Shown here: positions 39,005-47,428 of the stretch, piece by piece
Layout of the letters: the number at the start of each line of letters is the position of its first letter
Position numbering within the stretch: position 1 is the first letter of the stretch
Assembly: GCA_036556695.1 (NCBI GenBank)
Contig: DATBIY010000077.1
Span: forward strand, 2,661 to 66,660
Source of the DNA: Candidatus Limnocylindria bacterium
GTDB lineage: Bacteria; Chloroflexota; Limnocylindria; QHBO01
Reading direction: 5' to 3'
Length of the DNA: 64,000 nucleotides
Position numbers and translations under genes: made by a program
The notes under the pieces: model-generated
What the model was told of the DNA's origin: nothing
What the model saw: the letters and a program-made list of their open reading frames with translations, nothing else
Database searches by the model: none

Positions 39005-40170
39005 CCGGCCTCCCCGTAAGCCTCGCCGCGCTCGATCCGCTGGTAGAGGGCGAGCAGGGTCTCGGCCGAGCGCTGCCAGTTGAACCGGGTCAACGCCGCA
39101 CGCCGGCCGTTCGCACCCATCTCCGATGTCGCGGCCGGATCACGCAGTACCGATCCGATCGCCGCGGCGATGGCGCGGGGGTCGCGCATGTCGGCCAGGA
39201 GCCCGGCGCGTGGCTGGAGGACGATCTCCCGCAGGTGCGGAAAGTCGCTGGCGACGATCGGGATGCCGGCGGCCATGTACTGGAAGAGCTTGTTGGGCAG
39301 CGAGTAGGCATCGTTCAGCGACGACGGGATGGCCGGCGAGACACCAACCTGCGCCGACGTCGCGTAGTCGACGACCTGCGCCTCGGGCACGGGGGCCATA
39401 ACGTGGACCCGGTCGCCCACACCGCGATCATCGGCACGCCTCCGCAGGTCGTGCGCGATCGAGCCCTGGCCAAGCAGCACGAGGTGCGCTCCCTCGACCA
39501 GCGCCATGGCATCCACCAGCTGCTCCACACCGCGCCCCGGCGTGAGCCCGCCCAGCCGCAGGACGATGGGTGCCTCAGCCGGAATCCGCTCGGCGCCGGG
39601 CAGGGAGCGGATCTCGCGCCGCGTCGGCGATGCGTCGACCTCCGGGTAGTTCGGCACGAGCTCGAAGTGCCGTCCGTACCGACGGCCGAGATAGTCGGCG
39701 ATCGGGCGGCTGACCGTGATGCGCCCGGCTGAATCGCGCACGTAGCGGCGCTCCACCCATGCGTACAGCGCGAGGAATCCGGCCCAGTACGCGCGGCCCC
39801 GACCGCGCCGCTTCTGCTTCAGGAACAGCTCGTGTGAGTCGTAGACATAGGGGACTCCCAGCCGTTGCGCGGCGACCCCGACGGGCTCCAGCGCGTCGGC
39901 GTCATGTGCATGGAATACGTCCGGCGCCGTCGCCAGCAGCTCTCGCAGCACGCCGCGACGATGAGCCAGGTACCGCAGGCCGATGATCTTCGTGTCCGGG
40001 CGGCGAACGCGCAGGACCACGTAGCCGTCGGCCTCCTCGCGAAGCGGCAGCCCGCCGCCTGCCTCGGCGAGCACCGTCACCTGGTGCCCGGCGACGGCGA
40101 GCGTGCGCGCCTCCTTTGCGACCCGGGCATCGTGCTGCATGTCGTTGCGGACGAGCATGGTGACGCGCAT
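39001..40170 (-). CDS. GT4-family glycosyltransferase
   Basis: MRVTMLVRND... N-terminus, GT-B fold, C-terminal region (PNKLFQYMAAGIPIVASD); internal ATG 40170. Confidence 0.7.
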   Translation of the reverse strand: MRVTMLVRNDMQHDARVAKEARTLAVAGHQVTVLAEAGGGLPLREEADGYVVLRVRRPDTKIIGLRYLAHRRGVLRELLATAPDVFHAHDADALEPVGVAAQRLGVPYVYDSHELFLKQKRRGRGRAYWAGFLALYAWVERRYVRDSAGRITVSRPIADYLGRRYGRHFELVPNYPEVDASPTRREIRSLPGAERIPAEAPIVLRLGGLTPGRGVEQLVDAMALVEGAHLVLLGQGSIAHDLRRRADDRGVGDRVHVMAPVPEAQVVDYATSAQVGVSPAIPSSLNDAYSLPNKLFQYMAAGIPIVASDFPHLREIVLQPRAGLLADMRDPRAIAAAIGSVLRDPAATSEMGANGRRAALTRFNWQRSAETLLALYQRIERGEAYGEAG

Positions 40171-40191
40171 GCCCGAAGGATAATCGGGCCG

Positions 40192-41298
40192 ATGGCCCCG
40201 CCTTCCCCACGCGGCAATGCCCATTCCTGGCTGTATGCCGGCGTACCGCCGGGTGGCAGCAGCGGAGGCAGCCTGCGGGCCGCCCATCTGCCGCGCGAGC
40301 TGATCGCGCGCACGGGAGGCGCCGTCATTGCCGCGTACGGTCGCCGCGGAATCCCCGTCCTGGCGGCGGCCACCGCCCTGCGGTCACGATTGTGGTCGGG
40401 CGGGCTGAACGTGTACAGCGCCCGCCTGCTTCCGAGCCCCGCCCTGCGGTTGCTGTCGCGCGGCGTGCGTGGGTGGGTGCTGGACCTGCACGATCACCCC
40501 CGCCTGCAGTCCGAGGCGCTCGGCGTTCCGCTGTCCGCGCGTCTCCGCGCCGAGCTCGATGACCTCGTGCAGCGCAACGTCGAGGCATTCGGCCGGCTCG
40601 CGGTCCCCTCGGCGTCATTCGCGGAGCTGTGCGCGCTGCCTGCGGAGCGCGTCGTCGTGGCCAGCAACGGGACCGACACGGATCACATCCGGCCAGGCCC
40701 ATGGGGAACGGAGCCGACGGTCGGCATGGTGTCCGGGGCGGTGCCCGGGCGCGGGATCGAGCTGCTGGTGGATGCCGTTCAGCGGCTGCGGTCCGAGTAT
40801 CCGGGCGTCGTCCTGCGCCTGGCGCTGGCTGCCACCGGCCCGGCATCGCGCCGCTACCTCGACGAGCTGGCCGCGTCGCTGGAGCCGACGGGTTGGGTGC
40901 GCGTCCAGCGCCTGCCGTACGAGCAGCTCCCCGCGTTTCTCGCCCGCTGCCAGGTGATGGTCATCCCGCACCCACCCGGTGCCTACATGGACGTGGCGAC
41001 CCCGGTCAAGCTGTTCGACGGGATGGCAGCCGGACGCCCGACCGTGGTGACGCCTCGCCACGAGACGGCCGCCATCGTGCGGCGAAACGACGCCGGAATC
41101 GTGACTGCCGGCGACGGGGCGGACGACCTGGCGCAGGCGATCGGGAGCCTCCTGCGGAGCGATGCCGAACGGCGGCGGCTGGGGGCGAATGCCAGGCGTG
41201 CCGCCGAGTCGGGGTACGACTGGCGAGTGATCTCAGGCGCGCTGGCAGACGCCGTGCTCGGGCCGCGAGCCTCCGAAGCTCAGAACGCCTCCAGGTAG
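40192..41298 (+). CDS. GT4-like glycosyltransferase (start uncertain)
   Basis: C-terminal GT-B domain (GMVSGAVPGRGIELLVDAV...; PVKLFDGMAAGRPTVVT). The N-terminal domain is divergent and the first plausible ATG lies only 21 nt from the divergent gene's start. Confidence 0.5.
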   Translation: MAPPSPRGNAHSWLYAGVPPGGSSGGSLRAAHLPRELIARTGGAVIAAYGRRGIPVLAAATALRSRLWSGGLNVYSARLLPSPALRLLSRGVRGWVLDLHDHPRLQSEALGVPLSARLRAELDDLVQRNVEAFGRLAVPSASFAELCALPAERVVVASNGTDTDHIRPGPWGTEPTVGMVSGAVPGRGIELLVDAVQRLRSEYPGVVLRLALAATGPASRRYLDELAASLEPTGWVRVQRLPYEQLPAFLARCQVMVIPHPPGAYMDVATPVKLFDGMAAGRPTVVTPRHETAAIVRRNDAGIVTAGDGADDLAQAIGSLLRSDAERRRLGANARRAAESGYDWRVISGALADAVLGPRASEAQNASR

Positions 41299-42644
41299 CG
41301 CTCCACCTCCCACGAGGTGACCTGCATCCGGTACTCGTCCCACTCCTCGGATTTGGCCTCGACGAACCGCTCGAAGACATGCTCGCCCAGCGCCTCGGCG
41401 ATGACGGAGTCGGCCTGCAGCTCGTCCAGCGCCTCGCGAAGCGTGCCGGGCAACTGCTTGATCTTGCGGCTCGCCAGCTTGGCGGCGTCGAAGTGGTAGA
41501 GGTTCTCCTCGACCGGCTCCGGCGGCGTGAGCTTGCGCTCGATGCCGTCCAGCCCCGCGGCCAGCATGCAGGCGAAGGCCAGGTACGGGTTCGATGACGG
41601 GTCCGGGCAGCGGAGCTCGATCCTGGTCGAGTTCATCTGGCCCTTGCTGATCTGCGGGATGCGGACCAAGGCGGAGCGGTTGATGCGGGCCCAGCCGATG
41701 TACACCGGCGCCTCGTAGCCGGGCACCAGCCGCTTGTAGCTGTTCACCAGCGGAGCCAGCACGCCGATCATGCCGCGCGCGTGCTCCAGGATGCCGGCGA
41801 TGTAGCTGCGGGCGGTGGTCGACAGGCCATAGTCGTCCTTGGCATCGGCAAAGGCGTTCAGGTTGCGCTTGACGTCCCACAGGCTCTGGTGGGTGTGCAT
41901 CCCGTTGCCGTTCATCCCGAAGAACGGCTTTGGCATGAAGGTCGCGTACAGGCCCTGCCGCGCGGCGACCGCCTTGAGGGTGGTTTTGAAGGTGACCGCG
42001 TTGTCGGCGGTGCGCAGCGCGTCGGCGTACTCGAAGTCGATCTCGTGCTGGCCGGTGGCCACCTCGTGGTGGGCCGTCTCGACCTTGATCCCAAACGCCT
42101 CGAGGTCGTTCATCATCTCCTTGCGGACCTCGGTGCCCAGGTCCTCGGAAAGGTCGAAGTAGCCGGCCGCGTCGTGCGGCAGTGTCTCGACGTCCGCCTC
42201 GTTGCGCCGGAGGAGGAAGAACTCGAGCTCCGGCCCGGTGTTCAGGATGTAGCCGGCCTTCTTTGCCCGATCGAGCTGCCGCCGCAGGACCCAGCGCGGG
42301 TCGCCCGGGAACGGGTCGCCGTTCGGCGTGAAGACGTCGCAGATCACCCGGGCGGCGCCGGTGGCGCGCTCCCTGCCGTCGGCGTCGTGGCCCGGCTCCC
42401 AGGGGATGGCGGCGAAGGTCGACAGGTCGGGCACCAGGAACATGTCCGACTCTGCGATGCGGGCGAAGCCCTCGATGCTCGAGCCATCGAACCACTTGCC
42501 GTGCTCGACCGCCTCCTCGAGCTGGTGCATCGGCACCTGCACCGATTTGACCTGACCCACGATGTCGGTGAACTGCAGGCTGACGAATCGCAGGTTGCGC
42601 TCCTCGGCCAGCTTCAGGGCGGCGGACAGCTGCTTGGACGGCAT
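41280..42644 (-). CDS. glnA: Glutamine synthetase type I
   Basis: Full-length match to the GlnA pattern (FTDIVGQVKSVQVP..., GPELEFFLL, HHEVATGQHEIDF, NGNGMHTHQSLW, RVPDPSSNPYLAFA). Confidence 0.9.
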   Translation of the reverse strand: MPSKQLSAALKLAEERNLRFVSLQFTDIVGQVKSVQVPMHQLEEAVEHGKWFDGSSIEGFARIAESDMFLVPDLSTFAAIPWEPGHDADGRERATGAARVICDVFTPNGDPFPGDPRWVLRRQLDRAKKAGYILNTGPELEFFLLRRNEADVETLPHDAAGYFDLSEDLGTEVRKEMMNDLEAFGIKVETAHHEVATGQHEIDFEYADALRTADNAVTFKTTLKAVAARQGLYATFMPKPFFGMNGNGMHTHQSLWDVKRNLNAFADAKDDYGLSTTARSYIAGILEHARGMIGVLAPLVNSYKRLVPGYEAPVYIGWARINRSALVRIPQISKGQMNSTRIELRCPDPSSNPYLAFACMLAAGLDGIERKLTPPEPVEENLYHFDAAKLASRKIKQLPGTLREALDELQADSVIAEALGEHVFERFVEAKSEEWDEYRMQVTSWEVERYLEAF

Positions 42645-42780
42645 CGCTCGATCGGCTCCTCATGCACACAGGGATGTCCCGGATGGGACTCCGAGAGCCT
42701 ACGAGCCGATGACGCTCAGCGGGCCGTCGGATGCCTGCCCGCTCCGGGCGAAGTGTTGTGCAGTCTGCACAACACTTCCC

Positions 42781-43791
42781 TCACTGCTGGGGCTCGGCAT
42801 CACCCTCGGCAAGGAGGCGCAGCGCGTCCTGCGGCTGCCGCGGATCAACGCCGCGCTCGGCCCGAGCTCGCCGCAGCCGGTACAGGACAGTGTTGCGATG
42901 CACGCCCAAGGCACGTGCCGCCGGCGCGACGCGGCCATTGGCCCGCGCCACGGCCAGAAGCGTGGCCTGCAGCGGGTCGGCCGTGCCGCGTGCAGGCCGG
43001 GCCTGGCGAGCCGCCCGTGCTGCCTGCTCGGGTTCGGGCTGCGGACGGCGCAGCAGGGCCCGGACAGTGGCGGTCAGTGCGTCGGCGGCCACCTCGTCGA
43101 CCGCCGCCAGGGGAAGGTCGTCGAATAGCCAGGCCGACGCTCCCGGCCGGAGCCGCCGCTCAACCACCCACAGCCCCTCGCGGTGCTGGCGCGCCGCGTC
43201 ACGTCGCCCGCCGGCCGCGAACAGGCGGGCGTGCAGCGCGGCGAAGCGCGCCGCCAGCGCGCGCCCCGCGGAGCGTGGGTGCAGCGCCCGCAGCTCGCCA
43301 TCCACCGAGATGGCCACCCCGCGGTCGATGCGTGCGGCGATCAGCCCGGCCGGCGTGGCCAGCTGCGGGTCGCCGAGCGCCGCCTCGGCGCATGCCAGGC
43401 GCAGCTCCGTGCTCAGCGCGGCGAGCGCCCCGGCCTCGTCGGCCAGGTACGACGTGGCCGCGGCGAGCAGCTGCGCCACAGAGCGCTGGCTGGCGATCAG
43501 CGGCCGGCGGTCATCACCGCCTTCCGGGACAGCGCTGCCGCCGGCGATCACCACCGCCACCGGATCAATGCGCGCCTCGCGCAGCGCTGCGAACAGGTTG
43601 TCCAGCGGGCCGTCGCCAAGCAGCACACCGTCCACCACCAGCAGCGCGCCCTCAGCCGGGTCGGGCAGATGCGGAGCCAGCGCCCGCGTCCGGATGACGG
43701 CCCGGACCGCGTGGCCGAGGCCGGCGGGCGTGCCCGCCAGTAGCCGCGCCTCGGGATCGATGGCCCGCCACAGGTCGACGACGCTGGTCAT
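42781..43791 (-). CDS. PucR/CdaR-family transcriptional regulator
   Basis: C-terminal PucR-type HTH (LQATLLAVARANGRVAPAARALGVHRNTVLYRLRRARAERG). Confidence 0.6.
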   Translation of the reverse strand: MTSVVDLWRAIDPEARLLAGTPAGLGHAVRAVIRTRALAPHLPDPAEGALLVVDGVLLGDGPLDNLFAALREARIDPVAVVIAGGSAVPEGGDDRRPLIASQRSVAQLLAAATSYLADEAGALAALSTELRLACAEAALGDPQLATPAGLIAARIDRGVAISVDGELRALHPRSAGRALAARFAALHARLFAAGGRRDAARQHREGLWVVERRLRPGASAWLFDDLPLAAVDEVAADALTATVRALLRRPQPEPEQAARAARQARPARGTADPLQATLLAVARANGRVAPAARALGVHRNTVLYRLRRARAERGVDPRQPQDALRLLAEGDAEPQQ

Positions 43792-45062
43792 GGGGCGATG
43801 GTGGCATCCGCCAGCCGGCGGCGCAGCCGTTCAAGCTCGCCAGACGCGTCGTCGAAACGCTCGCCGCGCAGCCGCAGCAGCAGGTCGCCGCCGACCGGCG
43901 TGACCAGCACGCGCCGCCGCGGGAGCCACAGGGCCACGGCCAGGCCAAGGCACAGCAGCGCCGCGCCGGCGAACAAGACGCCCATCCCCGGATCCTGGCG
44001 CGACAGGAAGGTGACGTACGCGTCCAGGCCACGGTGCGCGATGCGCAGGCCGCCGATCCTGGCCTCGTCCCCCGCGTCCAGCGCGGCCGCATCCAGCACG
44101 CCCGATGCATCCGCCAGCGTGATCTGCAGCTGGTTCTGGCCGCCGCCCGCCAGCGCGACGCCCATCGTCAGCCTCACTGGTGGGAGGTCGACGAGCTGCC
44201 CCTGCGCGCCGCCGATCCGCCCGTCCAGCGCCACCGGCCCGTCGAGCAGCGGCCGGCCATCCAGGGTCGTCACCCGCAGCCGGGCCGCCGGGCCGTACGT
44301 CTGGGCGTGCACCAGATAGCCGCCGAAGCTGCCCGGCTGGTTGACCTGCACCAGCTGCTGCTCCACCGGCGCCCCGTCGCGGAGGAAGGTGACCGTGGTG
44401 TCGAGCCGCTCCGGACGGTCATCGGCGCCGAAGGCGGCATCCAGCCGGTCGAGCCGCACCGAGTCGGTGAAGCCCGGCCGAGCGGCGTCGAGCAGCGCCT
44501 GGTCGCCGGGCAGGAGGCTCAACGTCGTCTCGGTCGCGAACGCGGCGCCCAGCGCCGCCCCCAGCACCATCAGCACCAGCGCGATGTGCGTGGCCAAGCC
44601 GGCGAAGCGCGTCCAGCCGCGGCGCACCCCGCTCACCGCCCAGCGGGATCGGCCCTCGCGAGCCGTCACGCGATAGCCCGCTGCGTGCAGCACGCTGGCC
44701 ACGTGCTCGGAAGGCGGCATGGCACCACCGTCGGCGGCCACGATCCGGCTTTCCAGCGATCCGGGGCCGCCGACTACCGCCGCCGGGTTACGCCACTCCG
44801 CCCAGGTGGCGGGCAGCCGCACGGCGACCGCCGCCATGCCGGTGAGCAGCACCGCGCCGAGCAGCACGGCGTACGGCCAGGCGTCGAGGAGCGCCTGCCC
44901 GCCGGGGGCCGCAGCCGCCACCGCGTTCCAGATCGCCGCGAGCAGCAGCAGGCCGAAGGCCAGTCGCTGGTCGCCGAGCCGTCGCAGCGCCACGCCGGCC
45001 AGCGAGGCTATAGAGCGCCGGGCGGCAACCCCACGTGACGGGGACGCTGCGGGTGATGCCAT
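43788..45062 (-). CDS. ResB/Ccs1-like membrane protein (cytochrome c biogenesis family resemblance)
   Basis: N-terminal TM plus LRRLGDQRLAFGLLLLAAIW and a later VNQPGSFGGYLVHAQTYG segment reminiscent of ResB. No ResC/CcsA partner in the window. Confidence 0.4.
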   Translation of the reverse strand: MASPAASPSRGVAARRSIASLAGVALRRLGDQRLAFGLLLLAAIWNAVAAAAPGGQALLDAWPYAVLLGAVLLTGMAAVAVRLPATWAEWRNPAAVVGGPGSLESRIVAADGGAMPPSEHVASVLHAAGYRVTAREGRSRWAVSGVRRGWTRFAGLATHIALVLMVLGAALGAAFATETTLSLLPGDQALLDAARPGFTDSVRLDRLDAAFGADDRPERLDTTVTFLRDGAPVEQQLVQVNQPGSFGGYLVHAQTYGPAARLRVTTLDGRPLLDGPVALDGRIGGAQGQLVDLPPVRLTMGVALAGGGQNQLQITLADASGVLDAAALDAGDEARIGGLRIAHRGLDAYVTFLSRQDPGMGVLFAGAALLCLGLAVALWLPRRRVLVTPVGGDLLLRLRGERFDDASGELERLRRRLADATIAP

Positions 45063-45071
45063 GGCGGCTCC

Positions 45072-46247
45072 TCAGGCTGCTGCGGCGGCAGCCAGGTCGG
45101 CGACCAGGTCCTCCGGGTCCTCGAGGCCGATCGAGATGCGAACCATCCCCGGCGTCAGGCCGGCACGTGCCAGGTCCTCCTCGCCGAGCTGGCGATGCGA
45201 GGAGGACGCCGGATGGCTGCACAGGGTTTCGGCGCTGCCCAGGCTGGTGGCGTGGACTGCCACCTGCAGCGCGTCGAGGAAGCGCTCCCCCGCCGCTCGC
45301 CCGCCGGCAAGGTCGATGCTCAGCATCCCGCCCGCCATGCTGCCACGCAGCGTCCGCCGCGCCAGGTCGTGCTGCGCGTGCGATTCGAGCCCCGGGTAGA
45401 GGACGGCGGCCACCCCATCGGCGCCCTCCAGGGCCTGCGCGACCGCCAGCGCATTCGAGGAGTGCCGCTCCATGCGCAGCGCCAGCGTCTTCAGGCCTCG
45501 CAGCGCCAGAAACGCGTCCAGCGGAGAGGCGTTGCCACCCACGTTGATCACGATCTTGCGCGCGGTCGCCATACGCTCCGCGCTGCCCAGGACCGCACCG
45601 CCGACCAGGTCGGAATGACCGCCTATGTACTTGGTCATGGAGTGAATCACCAGGTCGGCGCCCATCGACAGCGGATTGGCCAGGTACGGCGAGGCGAAGG
45701 TGTTGTCCACCGCCACGACAATCCCCCGCGCGTGGGCCAGCTCCGACAGGAGGCCGATATCGCTCATGGCCGTCGTCGGGTTGCTGATGGTCTCCAGCCA
45801 CAGCAGCCGCGTGTCGCGCTGGAAGGCGGCGGCCACGGCATCGGGGTCGGTGGTGTCGACCGCGGTGACGCCGATGCCGGAGCGCTCCAGGACCGACTGC
45901 GCCAGGCCGACCATGCCGCCGTACACGGCGCGCGGGATGACCATGTGCTCGCCGTTGCGCAGGGAAGAGAGCACGGCGGCGTGCATGGCGGCCATGCCCG
46001 ATGCGGTGACGAGGCACGCCTCAGCGCCCTCCAGGTCGGCCAGCGCATCCTCCAGGGCGGCGTGGGTTGGGTTGGAGTAGCGGCTGTACGAGTGGCCGGG
46101 GCGCGCGAACTCGAGCAGCTCGGCCAGCTCCTCGGCGCTCGACACGCGGAAGGTGGACGCCTGGTAGATCGGCACGCTGACCGGCGGCTGGGGAGCATCC
46201 GGGACGCGGCTGGAGGCTCGGATGGCGCGGGTGGAGAAGCCGGGCAT
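45072..46247 (-). CDS. PLP-dependent Cys/Met-metabolism enzyme (cystathionine gamma-synthase / O-acetylhomoserine sulfhydrylase / methionine gamma-lyase family)
   Basis: VIHSMTKYIGGHSDLVGG PLP-lysine motif and overall fold-type I Cys/Met_Meta_PP pattern; 391 aa. Confidence 0.8.
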   Translation of the reverse strand: MPGFSTRAIRASSRVPDAPQPPVSVPIYQASTFRVSSAEELAELLEFARPGHSYSRYSNPTHAALEDALADLEGAEACLVTASGMAAMHAAVLSSLRNGEHMVIPRAVYGGMVGLAQSVLERSGIGVTAVDTTDPDAVAAAFQRDTRLLWLETISNPTTAMSDIGLLSELAHARGIVVAVDNTFASPYLANPLSMGADLVIHSMTKYIGGHSDLVGGAVLGSAERMATARKIVINVGGNASPLDAFLALRGLKTLALRMERHSSNALAVAQALEGADGVAAVLYPGLESHAQHDLARRTLRGSMAGGMLSIDLAGGRAAGERFLDALQVAVHATSLGSAETLCSHPASSSHRQLGEEDLARAGLTPGMVRISIGLEDPEDLVADLAAAAAA

Positions 46248-46278
46248 GATCGCGCGAGTCTACGCCGACCCGGGTAGC

Positions 46279-47424
46279 ATGGGGCCAATGGACCTGCTGC
46301 GGTCGCGGGCCGCCATGGTGGTCGCCGCAGCCGTCCTCGTGATCGCCATCGCGGGGGGAGGCTGGCTGGTGCTGTGGGGCAGTCCGCAGGCCACTCCCAC
46401 TCCCCTGCCCAGCCCGTCGGCCTCGCCGGCGGCCACGCTCAGCCCGTCGCCGACGGCCACGCCAACGGCCAATCCCACGCCCGAGCCGGAGGCCGCAACC
46501 TGCCCGCTCAACGCCCTGCCGCTGGCCGATCGCAAGCGGCTGCGCAACCCGGCGCTGGCGGTGCAGATCGAGAACCACCCGCAGGCACGCCCGGTGACCA
46601 ACCTGGGCCTGGCCGACATGGTCGTCGAGGCCACCGTCGAGGGCGATGTCACGCGCTACACCGGCATCTACCTGTGCGGGAAGACCCGCGTGGTGGGGCC
46701 GGTCAGGTCCGGCCGCTACTACGTCGTCGACCTATGGCAGGACATGCACGTCCTGCCGGTCATGTTTGGGGCCGGGCGGGACTCCATCGTCCGCTACCAG
46801 GCCGCGAGCGTCCCGTTCGTGAACGGCATCAGCGGCGGCTGGCCGTACTTCATCAGGACCAGCGACCGGCCGGCGCCACACAACCTGTACGCCAACCTGC
46901 GGCTCGTGCGGCGTGACTTCCGCCGCAACGACCGGCTGGCCGCGCTGGTGCGGCGCGTCGGCGACCTGCGGGCTCCGTTCCGCTTCGACCGGCAGGTCGC
47001 CCTGCCGCGCGGCCGGCCGGTCCGCGCCGTTCAGCTGCGTACCAACGGCTTCTGGAGCTTCGGCTGGGAATGGGACCCTCAGCACCGCGTGTGGCGTCGC
47101 AACGAGGGTGGCGTGGAGCATGTCGACGCCGGGACCGGCCGGGTGCTGTCGGCGACCAGCGTGGTCGTGCAGTACGTTCGCGAGGACGTGGTCTACGGCC
47201 CGGACGACCCGGGCGGCTACCCGCGGCGGTATCACCACCTCGTGGGCGAGGGCAATGCCACGCTCTACGTGCGCGGCCGCGCCATCCCGCTGCGCTGGTC
47301 ACGCCCGACGGCCGGGAGCCGCACGCGCTGGACGTACCTGCACGGCGGCGAGCGGATGATCCTGCCGCCTGGCGTGGTGTGGCGCGAGATCCTGCCCGTC
47401 TACACCGGCGTCAGCGAGCGCTAG
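46279..47424 (+). CDS. DUF3048-family (YerB-like) secreted/lipoprotein
   Basis: N-terminal TM/signal anchor, Pro/Thr/Ser-rich linker (SPSASPAATLSPSPTATPTANPTPEPE), then a domain resembling DUF3048. Internal ATG chosen to avoid overlap with the upstream gene. Confidence 0.45.
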   Translation: MGPMDLLRSRAAMVVAAAVLVIAIAGGGWLVLWGSPQATPTPLPSPSASPAATLSPSPTATPTANPTPEPEAATCPLNALPLADRKRLRNPALAVQIENHPQARPVTNLGLADMVVEATVEGDVTRYTGIYLCGKTRVVGPVRSGRYYVVDLWQDMHVLPVMFGAGRDSIVRYQAASVPFVNGISGGWPYFIRTSDRPAPHNLYANLRLVRRDFRRNDRLAALVRRVGDLRAPFRFDRQVALPRGRPVRAVQLRTNGFWSFGWEWDPQHRVWRRNEGGVEHVDAGTGRVLSATSVVVQYVREDVVYGPDDPGGYPRRYHHLVGEGNATLYVRGRAIPLRWSRPTAGSRTRWTYLHGGERMILPPGVVWREILPVYTGVSER

Positions 47425-47428
47425 CGCC

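Noticed and set aside
41781-43697. 638-aa plus-strand ORF
   Set aside because: Antisense to glnA and the PucR regulator; low complexity.
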